NCBI GenBank assembly: GCA_045636065.1 | Contig: JAZTWW010000049.1 | Coordinates: 5,168-69,167, forward strand | DNA length: 64,000 nt | Direction of reading: 5' to 3' | From: Kiritimatiellia bacterium | GTDB taxonomy: Bacteria > Verrucomicrobiota > Kiritimatiellia > RFP12 > UBA1067 | Shown here: piece after piece, positions 35,995-45,452 of the stretch | Numbering within the stretch: the first letter of the stretch is position 1 | Layout of the letters: every line of letters starts with the position of its first letter | Made by a program: the position numbers and the translations under genes | The notes under the pieces: model-generated | What the model saw: the letters and a program-made list of their open reading frames with translations, nothing else | The model's database searches: none | Told to the model about the DNA's origin: nothing

Positions 35995-37260
35995 CTAGAC
36001 GCGCCTGAAGGCGGCAAGGAGCCTCGCGGCGTCGCCCTCGGAATGCGCCGCGCTCACGAAATTGACCTCGAACTGGCTGGGGGCGATGTATACGCCGTTC
36101 GAGTATAGAGTATGGAATATGCGCGCGTAGAGGGCCGTATCGCACCCTTTGGCATCATCGAGGCACGAAACGGGCGAAGCGCTCGCGAAAAGGGTGAAAA
36201 CTCCCCCTTCGCGGGCGACCGTAACGGGAAGGCCTATCTCCCGCGCACGGGAATTGACGCCGTTCTCGATCATCTCCGCAAGTTTCGACATGCGCCAGTA
36301 CGGCTTTTCGCGGATGAGAATTTCAATCGTCTTCATTCCGGCCGCCACGGCAAGCGGGTTCCCGGAAAGCGTACCCGCCTGGTATACCGGCCCCTCGGGG
36401 GCGAGAAGATCCATGTATTTCGCCTTGCCGCCGAACGCCGCAAGGGGAAGGCCGCCGCCTATCACCTTTCCGAGCGTGACGAGATCGGGGTCTATCCCGC
36501 CGAAGGCGGAAGTCCATGTCGTAGGCGCGAAACGGAAGCCGTCGATCACCTCGTCGCATATGAGAAGCGCGCCAGATTCGCGCGTCACCTCCCTCAAGGT
36601 CTCGAGAAAGCCCTTGCACGGCATCACAAGCCCCATGTTGCCGGCCACGGGCTCGACTATGACGGCCGCTATAGAGTCGCCGCGCGAGGCGAAAAGCGAG
36701 CGGACGGCCTCGGAATCGTTGTAGCGGACGACTATCGTGTCGGCCACGGCCCCAGGAGGGACGCCCTTCGACGAGCTTTCGCCCATCGTCAGTATTCCGC
36801 TTCCGCTTTTAACGAGCATCGCGTCCGAATGGCCGTGGTAGCATCCGTCGAACTTTACTATGGTGTTCCTGCCCGTAAAGCCGCGGGCAAGCCTTATTGC
36901 GCCCATCACCGCCTCGGTGCCGCTTGAAACGGCGCGGACCTTTTCAAGACCTGGGACAAGAGAGGTCAGCCTTTCGGCGAAAGCGACCTCGTCTTCCGTA
37001 GCGATTCCGAACGTGGTGCCGCGCGCGGCGCGCGCCGATATGGCCTCTACCACCTCTGCGCGGGCATGGCCGAGGATCATCGCACCCCAGCTGCAGCAGA
37101 AATCGACGAGTTTACGGCCATCCGACGCCGTGACGCTCGAGCCGAGCCCCTCCTTGACGAAAAGAGGCGTCCCCTTGACGCCCGTGAAGGCCCTTACCGG
37201 CGAATTGACCCCGCCGGGAATGACTTTCTCAGCCCTTGAATAAAGCTCGCCGTCGGTCAT
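35995..37260 (-). CDS. hemL: Glutamate-1-semialdehyde 2,1-aminomutase
   Basis: 421 aa class-III aminotransferase. IPGGVNSPVRAF...DG..L.D...SWG..ILGHA, ...FDEV..GFR and conserved PLP-lysine context (AxLxKVIGGG-like: TLGKVIGGGLPLAAFGG). Confidence 0.95.
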   Translation of the reverse strand: MTDGELYSRAEKVIPGGVNSPVRAFTGVKGTPLFVKEGLGSSVTASDGRKLVDFCCSWGAMILGHARAEVVEAISARAARGTTFGIATEDEVAFAERLTSLVPGLEKVRAVSSGTEAVMGAIRLARGFTGRNTIVKFDGCYHGHSDAMLVKSGSGILTMGESSSKGVPPGAVADTIVVRYNDSEAVRSLFASRGDSIAAVIVEPVAGNMGLVMPCKGFLETLREVTRESGALLICDEVIDGFRFAPTTWTSAFGGIDPDLVTLGKVIGGGLPLAAFGGKAKYMDLLAPEGPVYQAGTLSGNPLAVAAGMKTIEILIREKPYWRMSKLAEMIENGVNSRAREIGLPVTVAREGGVFTLFASASPVSCLDDAKGCDTALYARIFHTLYSNGVYIAPSQFEVNFVSAAHSEGDAARLLAAFRRV

Positions 37261-37264
37261 CGCC

Positions 37265-37834
37265 TCACCTGTACTCGATCTTTGCGGACGATCTCAGCTC
37301 GGCAACGAAAGCGTCGATTGCGCGGCCCCTCATGGTGTGCCTGAGAAGATCCCTTATCGTATCGGCGACATCGACTATCGTCTTGCCGCCGTCCTTTGCG
37401 AAACTCTCGCGGTGGGCCTCGTAGTACGCCGCGACATCCTCCTCGGTTGGTTCGTCGACCCCGGTGCAGGCCTGCGAGACGAGCCTGTCGACCCGGCAGC
37501 TCCTTTCAAGGTCCTTCCTGAGGTGAGATTCGTCCATCTTCTGGGCGGCCAGAGCCTTCTCGAAGCTTTCGCGGCCGCCTATCTCCTTGACGATCTTCTC
37601 TATCTGGGCGTCGACCTCGGCGTCGGAGACCGGAATCTCAAGCTGGGCGGCCCTGTCGAGAAGGAGCCTGAAGCCGATGGCCTGCTCCTGCGCACGCTCC
37701 AGGAGCTTTTCAAGGTTGGCCTTTATCTCGTCCGCACCCACACCGTGGCTTGCGTAGAACTTCACGAGCCTGTCCAGCTCGAACTGGACCGCCTCACGCG
37801 GAATCGGAACGCCGTTTACGTATGCCTGCTTCAA
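37265..37834 (-). CDS. SurA N-terminal-domain-like periplasmic chaperone (no PPIase domain)
   Basis: 189 aa helical protein. Resembles the SurA_N/PpiD N-terminal chaperone module (E...L...I......G....I...L....). Confidence 0.4.
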   Translation of the reverse strand: MKQAYVNGVPIPREAVQFELDRLVKFYASHGVGADEIKANLEKLLERAQEQAIGFRLLLDRAAQLEIPVSDAEVDAQIEKIVKEIGGRESFEKALAAQKMDESHLRKDLERSCRVDRLVSQACTGVDEPTEEDVAAYYEAHRESFAKDGGKTIVDVADTIRDLLRHTMRGRAIDAFVAELRSSAKIEYR

Positions 37835-37891
37835 GGTTGGCCCCTTTCAAACGAAAAGCCTCAACGCCATCGGCATTGAGACTCTCAAAAT

Positions 37892-37968
<77 letters not shown>

Positions 37969-37983
37969 ATCTGGTGTCTTCAA

Positions 37984-38060
37984 TGGCGCGCCCAGCAGGA
38001 GTCGGACCTGCAACCCTCAGATTCGTAGTCTGATACTCTATCCAGTTGAGCTATGGGCGC
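37984..38060 (-). tRNA. tRNA-Arg (anticodon ACG)
   Basis: Reverse complement GCGCCCATAGCTCAACTGGATAGAGTATCAGACTACGAATCTGAGGGTTGCAGGTCCGACTCCTGCTGGGCGCGCCA. Anticodon loop CTACGAA. CCA encoded. Confidence 0.9.
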
Positions 38061-38076
38061 AATCGAAAACGGCGAA

Positions 38077-38085
38077 TATTATACC
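38077..38085 (-). promoter_or_regulatory. Putative extended -10 (TGGTATAAT on minus strand) driving tRNA-Arg/tRNA-Met
   Basis: Minus strand reads gatttGGTATAATattcgcc, about 17-25 nt upstream of the tRNA-Arg 5' end. Same gaTATTATACCa motif as at 54925 and 57927. Confidence 0.4.
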
Positions 38086-38102
38086 AAATCCCGCACCCTA
38101 AA

Positions 38103-39689
38103 TCAAGCCGTTATTTCAAAAATTTTAGGCCGGTAGGCGTTGAGGGTTGCGGAGGCGATAGATTCACCGTCAAGCGATATGGTGCAGGAGAAGGCCGATG
38201 TCGTATCGTCGCCGAACTCGCGCTTCGCCTTTACGGTGTATCTCCTCCCGGGCTCGAAGCGCTCAAGCCCGAGATCGAGCCGCCTCGTGCCGAGCAGAAA
38301 CCCGATCCTGGGGGGCTCGCCCGGGCTTCGCGCCATATCGGCCGCGCCTGTCAACGCCGCGCACGCCTGAGCCATGAATTCGATGGCCGCCCAGCCCGGC
38401 ACCCCTTTCCCGTCCCAGAGGATATGGTCCTTCGATACCGTGAACGAAACAATTACCGATTCATCCGCAAGATCGACTGACTCCACCCTGTCAAGGAATG
38501 ACATCGCCCCCCTATGCGGCACAAGACGGGAAATACCGGGGACAGTCCCCACGTTTTTGGGGACAGTCCCCGAAAAAACGACGCTTGCGTTCGAACCGCC
38601 GAAGGCGAAAGAGTTCGAGATGGCCGCCCTGGCCTTTCCGGATTCGATCTTGAGAAGGCATATCGCCGCCTCGACCGCGCCCGCCGCGCCAAGGCAGTGA
38701 CCCGTAAGATCCTTGGTGCTTTCGGCCTTGCGCAAAGCCCCGCTTCCCGGATGACCGGCCGGCGAGCCGAAGACTCCTTCCTTAAATGGTCCAAAGACCG
38801 TCTTGAAGGCCTTCATCTCCATATCGTCGTTCGCGACGGTGCCCGTGCCGTGGAAATTGACGTAATCGATATCATCCGGCTTGAGGCCCGCATCCTCGAG
38901 GGCAAGCCTCATCGCATCGGCCGCGCCTCGCCCCGACGGATCGGGTGCAGTCGGGTGGTACGCATCGCTCGTCTCGCCCGCGCTAAGGAAATTGAGCGCG
39001 CCCTCGCCCTTCTCAAGTACGAAAAGCGCCACCCCCTCGCCCAGGTTTATCCCGTCGCGATCCGGCGCGAAAGGCCGCGTCTCGCCCTGCGAAAGTGCGC
39101 CCAGCGCGCTAAAGCCGTTCATCGCGAAGCGGCATCTTGAATCTACGCCGCCTACGATGGCCGCATCGGCGAAGCCGGCCTCGACAAGCCTTCTCGCGCT
39201 TGCAAACGCCTTCGCGCCTGAGCTGCATGCTGTCGAAATGGCGAATGACGGCCCCTCGATTCCAAGCTCCCTCTTGAGCCAGTCGGCGGGAGTCCCGAGC
39301 TCGATCATCGAAAAATCGAACCCTTCCGGCCTTGTTCCGGAGGAAAGCCACCCCTCAATGCATTTCTGCGCCTCGTCGATCCCGGTCGTGCTGTCTCCAA
39401 GAACGACGGCGACGCGCCTGGCGCCATACTTCTCGACAAGCCCCTTCGCCGCTTCGCCGAAGCCGTCTGACATGAGCGCGTGCTTCAAGAGGCGGCACGA
39501 CCTGAAGTCGAACTCCTTTTCGCCGATTGCGGGAAGCTCCCCCGGGACCATCCCGAACCTGATGGTCCGCCCCTTGATGTCGCCATCGAGCTCAGTCATC
39601 CCGATCGCGCAACGCTTTTCAAGATTCGCGGCAACCTCGGCTTTGTCGCGCCCGAGAGCGCAGGCGACAGTGAAAGCGGATATCTTCAT
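38103..39689 (-). CDS. Beta-ketoacyl-ACP synthase fused to a C-terminal FabA/FabZ-like hotdog dehydratase domain
   Basis: Start at MKISAFTVACALG (ATG complement 39687-39689, ATGA overlap with the rsmI stop). KS active-site context ISTACSSG, HGTGT, N.GH. Duplicated linker GTVPKNVGTVPGI. C-terminal HILWDGKGVPGWAAIEFMAQACAAL hotdog motif. Confidence 0.8.
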   Translation of the reverse strand: MKISAFTVACALGRDKAEVAANLEKRCAIGMTELDGDIKGRTIRFGMVPGELPAIGEKEFDFRSCRLLKHALMSDGFGEAAKGLVEKYGARRVAVVLGDSTTGIDEAQKCIEGWLSSGTRPEGFDFSMIELGTPADWLKRELGIEGPSFAISTACSSGAKAFASARRLVEAGFADAAIVGGVDSRCRFAMNGFSALGALSQGETRPFAPDRDGINLGEGVALFVLEKGEGALNFLSAGETSDAYHPTAPDPSGRGAADAMRLALEDAGLKPDDIDYVNFHGTGTVANDDMEMKAFKTVFGPFKEGVFGSPAGHPGSGALRKAESTKDLTGHCLGAAGAVEAAICLLKIESGKARAAISNSFAFGGSNASVVFSGTVPKNVGTVPGISRLVPHRGAMSFLDRVESVDLADESVIVSFTVSKDHILWDGKGVPGWAAIEFMAQACAALTGAADMARSPGEPPRIGFLLGTRRLDLGLERFEPGRRYTVKAKREFGDDTTSAFSCTISLDGESIASATLNAYRPKIFEITA

Positions 39690-40384
39690 CCCTCTGCACC
39701 TCCGCGGGCGAATTTTGGGTTCGAGCCAGCTATCACTATCGCAACCTCGCCCTTGACCTCCTTGCCGGCAAACTCGGCCGAGAGGTCCTTCAAGTATCCG
39801 CGCGAGACCCGCTCGTGCATCTTGGTAAGCTCGATGCATACGGCGGCCTCGCGGTCGCCAAGGACATCATATGCGGCCTGAAGCGTAGCCCCGACGCGGT
39901 ACGGGCTTTCGTAGAGGATAAGCGTATGCTCCTTGTCGGCATCCTCGCGGAACCAGTTCCTGAGAGCGCCAGGTCCGCGCGGCGGGAACCCCCTAAAGGT
40001 GAAGCTCGATGTGGAAAGCCCGCTCATGAGAAGCGCGACCTCCACTGCACTAGCCCCGGGGATGACCTCGTACGCTATCCCCTCCTTCGCGCAGCGCCTT
40101 ACGAGCCTATATCCGGGATCGGATATGGCTGGATAGCCGCCGTCGCTCACGAGCGCAACGGCCTTGCCGGCATTCAAGGCGGCGACAACCACGTCCCCCG
40201 TCCTCTCCTCGTTCCCCTGCCTGTACGAAACCATCTCGGGGCGCGGTATCTGGAAATGCGAGAGAAGCTGCCATGTCCTGCGCGTATCTTCGCACGCTAT
40301 CATGTCGGCCGACCTGAGCGCGGCCAAGGCCCTTTCACTCATGTCGCCGAGATTCCCTATAGGGGTGGCAACTACGCTAAGCAT
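39686..40384 (-). CDS. rsmI: 16S rRNA (cytidine1402-2'-O)-methyltransferase
   Basis: Start at MLSVVATPIGNLGDMSERAL. TP-methylase family (tetrapyrrole methylase fold): PIGN..D.S.RA...L...D.I.CEDTR....LL. Confidence 0.8.
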   Translation of the reverse strand: MLSVVATPIGNLGDMSERALAALRSADMIACEDTRRTWQLLSHFQIPRPEMVSYRQGNEERTGDVVVAALNAGKAVALVSDGGYPAISDPGYRLVRRCAKEGIAYEVIPGASAVEVALLMSGLSTSSFTFRGFPPRGPGALRNWFREDADKEHTLILYESPYRVGATLQAAYDVLGDREAAVCIELTKMHERVSRGYLKDLSAEFAGKEVKGEVAIVIAGSNPKFARGGAEG

Positions 40385-41174
40385 CCTTTCCCCCTCCCTT
40401 TCCGTAGAACACCTTCCAGAGGAAGAGCCCCCTGCCAGTCGCCGTAGGGACACGCGCCGTCCTCGGGGGATGTTTTTCAAGAAGTTCGGTGACCGCCTCG
40501 GGCTTTTCGTCCCCGAGGCCCACCCTTACAAGGAAACCGACCATGGACCTCACCTGCTTGTAGAGGAAGCCGTCCCCCCTGACGATGAAAGTTATCCTTG
40601 GGCCGCTCTTCCTCACCTCGAACGAGCGTATCGTCCTCACTGTCGAGGCGATCGGCCTTCCTGGAAGGGCCGCGAACGAAACCATGTCGTGCGTGCCGAC
40701 GAAACGCCCGGCCGCATCGCGCATCGCGCCTACATCGAGCGGCCTATGGTGCCAGCCCCAGAACGGCGCAAGATGCGGCGGCAGGATGGGGGCGTTGTAG
40801 AGGAAGTACCTGTACTCCTTGCCTTTGGCCTCGTACTGCGGGTTGAAGTCAGCGCGCGCGCGGGACACCTTCATTATCCTGACCGACAGGGGAAGCCTTG
40901 TGTTCATCCCGCGCCTTAGACCGTCCAACGGGATCCTGCACGGAAGGTCGAAAGCGACGACCATCCCTTTCGCATGGACGCCCGCATCTGTCCTGCTGCA
41001 GCCGTTGACCCTTACTGGCGCCATCTCCTTGCCGAGGTTGCGAAGAGCCGGACCTGCAATCTCGCCCAGGACGCGCTCAAGCTCGCCCTGCACGGTGACG
41101 CCATTCTGCTGGAGCTGGTATCCGCTGAAGTTCGTGCCGTCGAACGCGACGACGGCCCTGTACCTGAATGCCAC
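40377..41174 (-). CDS. truA: tRNA pseudouridine(38-40) synthase
   Basis: GTG start (complement 41172-41174) overlapping the upstream TAG stop. VAFRYRAVVAFDGTNFSGYQ.Q......VQG.LE..L and catalytic-Asp context RTDAGVHA. Confidence 0.85.
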   Translation of the reverse strand: MAFRYRAVVAFDGTNFSGYQLQQNGVTVQGELERVLGEIAGPALRNLGKEMAPVRVNGCSRTDAGVHAKGMVVAFDLPCRIPLDGLRRGMNTRLPLSVRIMKVSRARADFNPQYEAKGKEYRYFLYNAPILPPHLAPFWGWHHRPLDVGAMRDAAGRFVGTHDMVSFAALPGRPIASTVRTIRSFEVRKSGPRITFIVRGDGFLYKQVRSMVGFLVRVGLGDEKPEAVTELLEKHPPRTARVPTATGRGLFLWKVFYGKGGGKDA

Positions 41175-42226
41175 TACCTGCTCTCCATCTTGGCGAGAAG
41201 CTTCTTCATGTCCTCGACGCGGCTCTTGGCGGCGACTAGAATCCCTTGCGCCGTGGAAACGACCACGACATCCTTTAGCCCCATCGCCGCGATCTTCGGC
41301 CCGCCGCTCTCTATTGCGACGATCCCCTCGCAATCGAGCTCCGTGGCCTCGCCCTTCATGACATTCCCGTTCTCATCCGAAGGAAGGTGCTTCCCGGCCG
41401 CTGCCCACGTGCCGACATCGTCCCAGCCGAAATCGCCGGCTCCGACGATTATCCCGCCAAAGCGCTCCATCACGGCATAGTCGATCGAAATCCGCCTCAA
41501 GGCCGGATATTCCCTTTCAAGCGCTTCGTCAATATCCTCGCACGATTCGAGAAGGGATTCGAGCCTTGCGAGCGGCGGCTCGAGCTTCAAGGCCTCCTTC
41601 ATCGTCGATACGCGCCAGACGAACATGCCGGCGTTCCAGACGTATCCGCCGTTTTCAAGGTAGAGCGCGGCCTTTTCCGCGTTGGGCTTCTCGACGAACC
41701 TTTTCGCCTTCCTGAATATGGTCGACGTCCCGAGATCGAGGACTTCCCCGGCCTCGATGTACCCGAAACCGGTGGCCGGATACGTGGGTTTCACCCCCAT
41801 CGTGACGATGGAATCAGTCCTCGAAGCGGCAATGGCCGAATCGGAAAGGACCTCTCTAAAGGCGGGAACGTCCTTCATCAGCTGATCTGCGGTAAGTATC
41901 GCGACAACGGCCCCGTCGCCGCCGCGCCTTGCGGCCATTGCGCATGCCACCGCGACGGCCGCACCGGTATCGCGCCTCATTGGCTCGCCAGCGATGTTGC
42001 CCTCGGGCAATTCGGGAAGCTCCGATCTCGTAGCCTCCACGAGCGCCGCCGCCGTCACTACGATTATGCGCTGAGGCGGAACGAGCCCGGAAAGCCTGTC
42101 CACCGCCTGTCTTATGAGCGAGCGGCCGCCAAAGACGTCAAGGAACTGCTTCGGGCGCTCTGGGGTGGAAAGAGGCCAGAACCTCTCGCCGCTTCCGCCC
42201 GCTAGAATGGCTGCATAGAAATCCAT
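41174..42226 (-). CDS. manC: Mannose-1-phosphate guanylyltransferase (GDP-mannose pyrophosphorylase, no PMI domain)
   Basis: Start at MDFYAAILAGGSGERFWPLS (ATG complement 42224-42226). GxGxRxxPxS nucleotidyltransferase motif, FVEKP, GYVWNAGMFVW. Confidence 0.8.
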   Translation of the reverse strand: MDFYAAILAGGSGERFWPLSTPERPKQFLDVFGGRSLIRQAVDRLSGLVPPQRIIVVTAAALVEATRSELPELPEGNIAGEPMRRDTGAAVAVACAMAARRGGDGAVVAILTADQLMKDVPAFREVLSDSAIAASRTDSIVTMGVKPTYPATGFGYIEAGEVLDLGTSTIFRKAKRFVEKPNAEKAALYLENGGYVWNAGMFVWRVSTMKEALKLEPPLARLESLLESCEDIDEALEREYPALRRISIDYAVMERFGGIIVGAGDFGWDDVGTWAAAGKHLPSDENGNVMKGEATELDCEGIVAIESGGPKIAAMGLKDVVVVSTAQGILVAAKSRVEDMKKLLAKMESR

Positions 42227-42248
42227 TTCACATCCCTTCCGGGGCGCA

Positions 42249-45200
42249 TCACTCAAACTGGTGGTAGAAGAGGACCCTTGTTCTGTGCGGTACGCGATTG
42301 AGGCCCGAGCCTGGCGTAGTGCCTGGCGGCGGAAGAGGATCGCGCCAGACGAGCGCCACCGCCCTCGCCCCGAGCTGGCTCGGCGTCGCCGATTCGCCAG
42401 CGCCTCCGAGCGCCGCCGACTCCGCTCTCAGGAACACAAGGAAGAGCTGCTGCCTGTTGCCGAAGCAGTTGCGCCAGAAGCTGTAGAGATACTTGCGGTC
42501 GGCGCCGGTGATCGTGCAGCTTTTAAGGGGGACTCCCAGAAGCTCGTTCTCGCCGTCGCTATCAAACGCCTCGGCCCACATGTCGTCGTATACCTCGGTC
42601 CAGTCGCCAGACGATCCGGACTTGAACTTCTCGCGCATCTTCTGGCATATCTTCACGATCTCGTCCCTTGTGATCTTTGAGGACGTGCCATTGTCATTGA
42701 AAGCGCAGTTCCAGCCTTCGGAAAGCTTCATTTCCGATTCGGTGAGCATGTTGGTGCAGGCCGCCCACCAGTCGTAGGGCGTGTTGGCGACGGCCGCCGC
42801 CATGATGAGATCCGAATCGGTGTACGGATTCACCTTCGCGCCGCCGCCATCGTCGTCGGCTACGCCCCTGTCGAAGAGCTCGTCGGACGTCGCTGAACCG
42901 GAATCGAAGAGGCGGTAGCTCTTCCAGGCGAACTTGTGGTGGGCCGTCTGGGTGTAGGCCGTACGGCTTTCAAGCGTGCCGGTGACGCTCGAATACGTGT
43001 TGAAGCTTCCCGATTCGCCGCCCGTTATGACGCGGGGAAGGAACGCAAGCTCGCCCATCGACTGGAGCCATTCGCTGTCGCTCGTGTTCATGAACACGTC
43101 CGTGTCGCGCCCGTCCTGGCCGAGGAAATTGTCATAGCTCGCGAAAAGCGACTGTTTCGAGATCGTGCCGTTCGGGGAAAGGGTGTACCAGTCCTCGGGG
43201 GCCCAGTTGTAGCGCGGATCGCAGCAGGCGAGACCGAGCCTCAAGTCCTTCGTCTTAGCGCGGACGACCTCGATCTTGTCTTCACCCGAGCCGGCGCCCG
43301 TGATCTTCGACTTGTACTCCGCGCTCCACTTGGACATGTCGTACGCGAGAAGCCCCTCCTGCCCTTCTGCGGAGATGTTGAAGTCCATAAGCGGCGCGCC
43401 GCTTCCGGTCTTGTCGGTATTGTCGAGGCACCACGTGCTCTCCTGCCCGAGGTACGTCTTGTCGTCAAGCGCGCCTGCGGGGACGAGATCCACCGTATTG
43501 TTGCTCGAATCCGTCACGCGAAGCCAGATGGCAAGATGAACCGAATACTCCTTCGTGGCCGGGGTGAGATCGTTCTCGCCGTCCTTAGTGAATGGCCAGA
43601 ACGTCGTGTTGCCGTTGTCGATCGCGAAGTCCGTCCTGTTCCATGTGCCGCCGCCGCCCGGGTTGGACTTGTACTCGGCGTTGTACTTCACCCCGATCGC
43701 GTTGTCGAGAGTAAGCGCAAAAGAAAGGTTCACCTTCTGCGTGGCGCGAAGCGTATCCTCGCCGGACTCGGGATCGACGGGGATGGATATGTTCTGCGCC
43801 GTTCCGGCTAGCGTCACGGCACCCCTATCCTTCACCGAAGAGGCCGATGCGCTCTTTCCGAGGTTCCAGTAGCCCTTGTCGGCGACGCGCAGCTTGCTCT
43901 GGTCGCTCTGCCTCAGTGTGACGTCCTTGGGGGCGAGGTAGAGCCTTGCCATCGGCTGGATCCTGAACGTTGCGTTGCCGCCGTGGTCGTGCTTGAACGG
44001 GAAGATCACGAACGGCTCGATCTCGGCGTTTATGTTGTTGATGACGATCGAACCTTTGGACCTTACGCTTCTGAAGGTCTGCGCGCCCTGCGGCAGGGGA
44101 AGCTCGAGCTGGCCGTTCTTGAGGTCGTTCTCTATCTCGATCGAGACGGCGCCCTGCTCGACGTCTATGTTGAGGCCGGCCACCATGGGAATCCTCTCGA
44201 CGCTCGGTATCGCAAGCGAAAGCGGGATGTAGTCCTCGTCGAGGTAGTCGTAGAGAAGGCCCCATCCCATTTCGGGGATGAACTGGAAGTTGCCGTCGTT
44301 CAAAGCGTCGAAGAAGTCCTTCTGGATGTTGCTGTAGCTCAAGAGCTCATCCCTGAAGACGGTCATCGAGTACCTCTTGAACGGCTGGTACTTTCCGGAT
44401 TCGTCGTTGAGGTTCGGCCTTTCTCCGCTGGAGGAGCTTGAAGACTGCTTTGACCCGGATGCGGTCGATGCCGTATTCGTCCCCGGGAACCAGCTGTCGG
44501 TGACGAAGAGCTGGTTCGCGACGGTGTTCGTTCCGCCCACGCGCCCGTAGAAGCTTGCCGCCGGGCTTGAGCCGCTTGCAAGCGCCCAGAAAGGCGAGAG
44601 CATCCCCTTGTCGTTCCCCTCGAGCGCGAGATGGACGTCAAGAAGGCTCGTATAGGGGACATCCCCCTCCGAGACGGGATTCTCGACGAAATCGGCGAGC
44701 TTCTCAGCGCGGGTCTCGGCATCCGTTCCGGCGAACGAGGAAGTCGAGGTGCTGAAAAGGTGCGCGTACGATATCCGCCCTTCGGGGGCGCTTGAGCGCC
44801 TTGCGTCCGGGACGCCTCTATTGATGTCGAAGAAATCGCTGACGTTCAAGGCTACGTAGGCATACCTGCCCGCATCGTAGTTGAAGTCCTTCCACTTGGC
44901 GGACCACGTTCTGCGGCTCAGGAAGCGCGCGTCGTTGACGAGCGGCGCAGGGATGTACCCGAGAGCCTCGAGCGTCAGGACGCTCACCGTATCCTCGATG
45001 CCGGCGATGCGGCCCGTGGTGCCCGAGCCATCCTTCACCCTTGCGGGATCCGGCGGGAAGAAGACGCGTGCGCGCCAATAGTCGTAATGTCCGGTGAAGG
45101 CGGTGTCTGTCGAAAGAGCCGTATCGACCTCTGCTGAGCCGCCAGACGAGGACGACGACTGCGACGAACCCGATGAGAGGGAGTCGTTTACCGTGGGGCT

Positions 45201-45452
45201 TGCGCCCGAGCCGGACTTGACGACGCCCGGATACGGGTCATCCTGTATGGCGTAGTCGAGCTCGGATATGACCTCGGCGAGCGCGGCCTTGGCGAGATGC
45301 CTTGAACCGACGGCGCGCTTCAAGGCGGAGCTCGGCATGCGCTCGGAGCGCATCCAGAGCGAGAACGCCACGGCGCTCACGACCATGAAGCTCAGAAACC
45401 CGAGCACTATAAGAAGCGCGCTTCCGCGCCTGTCCTTAAAGCAGTCTGACAT
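42249..45452 (-). CDS. Giant (1067 aa) GspK-like pseudopilin-domain protein (minor pseudopilin N-terminus fused to a large extracellular region)
   Basis: Start at MSDCFKDRRGSALLIVLGFLSFMVVSAVAFS (ATG complement 45450-45452, ATGA overlap with the upstream pseudopilin stop). GspK-type leader (Gly at -1, no Glu+5). Large Ser/Gly/Asp-rich body. The ORF-track N-terminal extension is overlap junk. Confidence 0.6.
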   Translation of the reverse strand: MSDCFKDRRGSALLIVLGFLSFMVVSAVAFSLWMRSERMPSSALKRAVGSRHLAKAALAEVISELDYAIQDDPYPGVVKSGSGASPTVNDSLSSGSSQSSSSSGGSAEVDTALSTDTAFTGHYDYWRARVFFPPDPARVKDGSGTTGRIAGIEDTVSVLTLEALGYIPAPLVNDARFLSRRTWSAKWKDFNYDAGRYAYVALNVSDFFDINRGVPDARRSSAPEGRISYAHLFSTSTSSFAGTDAETRAEKLADFVENPVSEGDVPYTSLLDVHLALEGNDKGMLSPFWALASGSSPAASFYGRVGGTNTVANQLFVTDSWFPGTNTASTASGSKQSSSSSSGERPNLNDESGKYQPFKRYSMTVFRDELLSYSNIQKDFFDALNDGNFQFIPEMGWGLLYDYLDEDYIPLSLAIPSVERIPMVAGLNIDVEQGAVSIEIENDLKNGQLELPLPQGAQTFRSVRSKGSIVINNINAEIEPFVIFPFKHDHGGNATFRIQPMARLYLAPKDVTLRQSDQSKLRVADKGYWNLGKSASASSVKDRGAVTLAGTAQNISIPVDPESGEDTLRATQKVNLSFALTLDNAIGVKYNAEYKSNPGGGGTWNRTDFAIDNGNTTFWPFTKDGENDLTPATKEYSVHLAIWLRVTDSSNNTVDLVPAGALDDKTYLGQESTWCLDNTDKTGSGAPLMDFNISAEGQEGLLAYDMSKWSAEYKSKITGAGSGEDKIEVVRAKTKDLRLGLACCDPRYNWAPEDWYTLSPNGTISKQSLFASYDNFLGQDGRDTDVFMNTSDSEWLQSMGELAFLPRVITGGESGSFNTYSSVTGTLESRTAYTQTAHHKFAWKSYRLFDSGSATSDELFDRGVADDDGGGAKVNPYTDSDLIMAAAVANTPYDWWAACTNMLTESEMKLSEGWNCAFNDNGTSSKITRDEIVKICQKMREKFKSGSSGDWTEVYDDMWAEAFDSDGENELLGVPLKSCTITGADRKYLYSFWRNCFGNRQQLFLVFLRAESAALGGAGESATPSQLGARAVALVWRDPLPPPGTTPGSGLNRVPHRTRVLFYHQFE

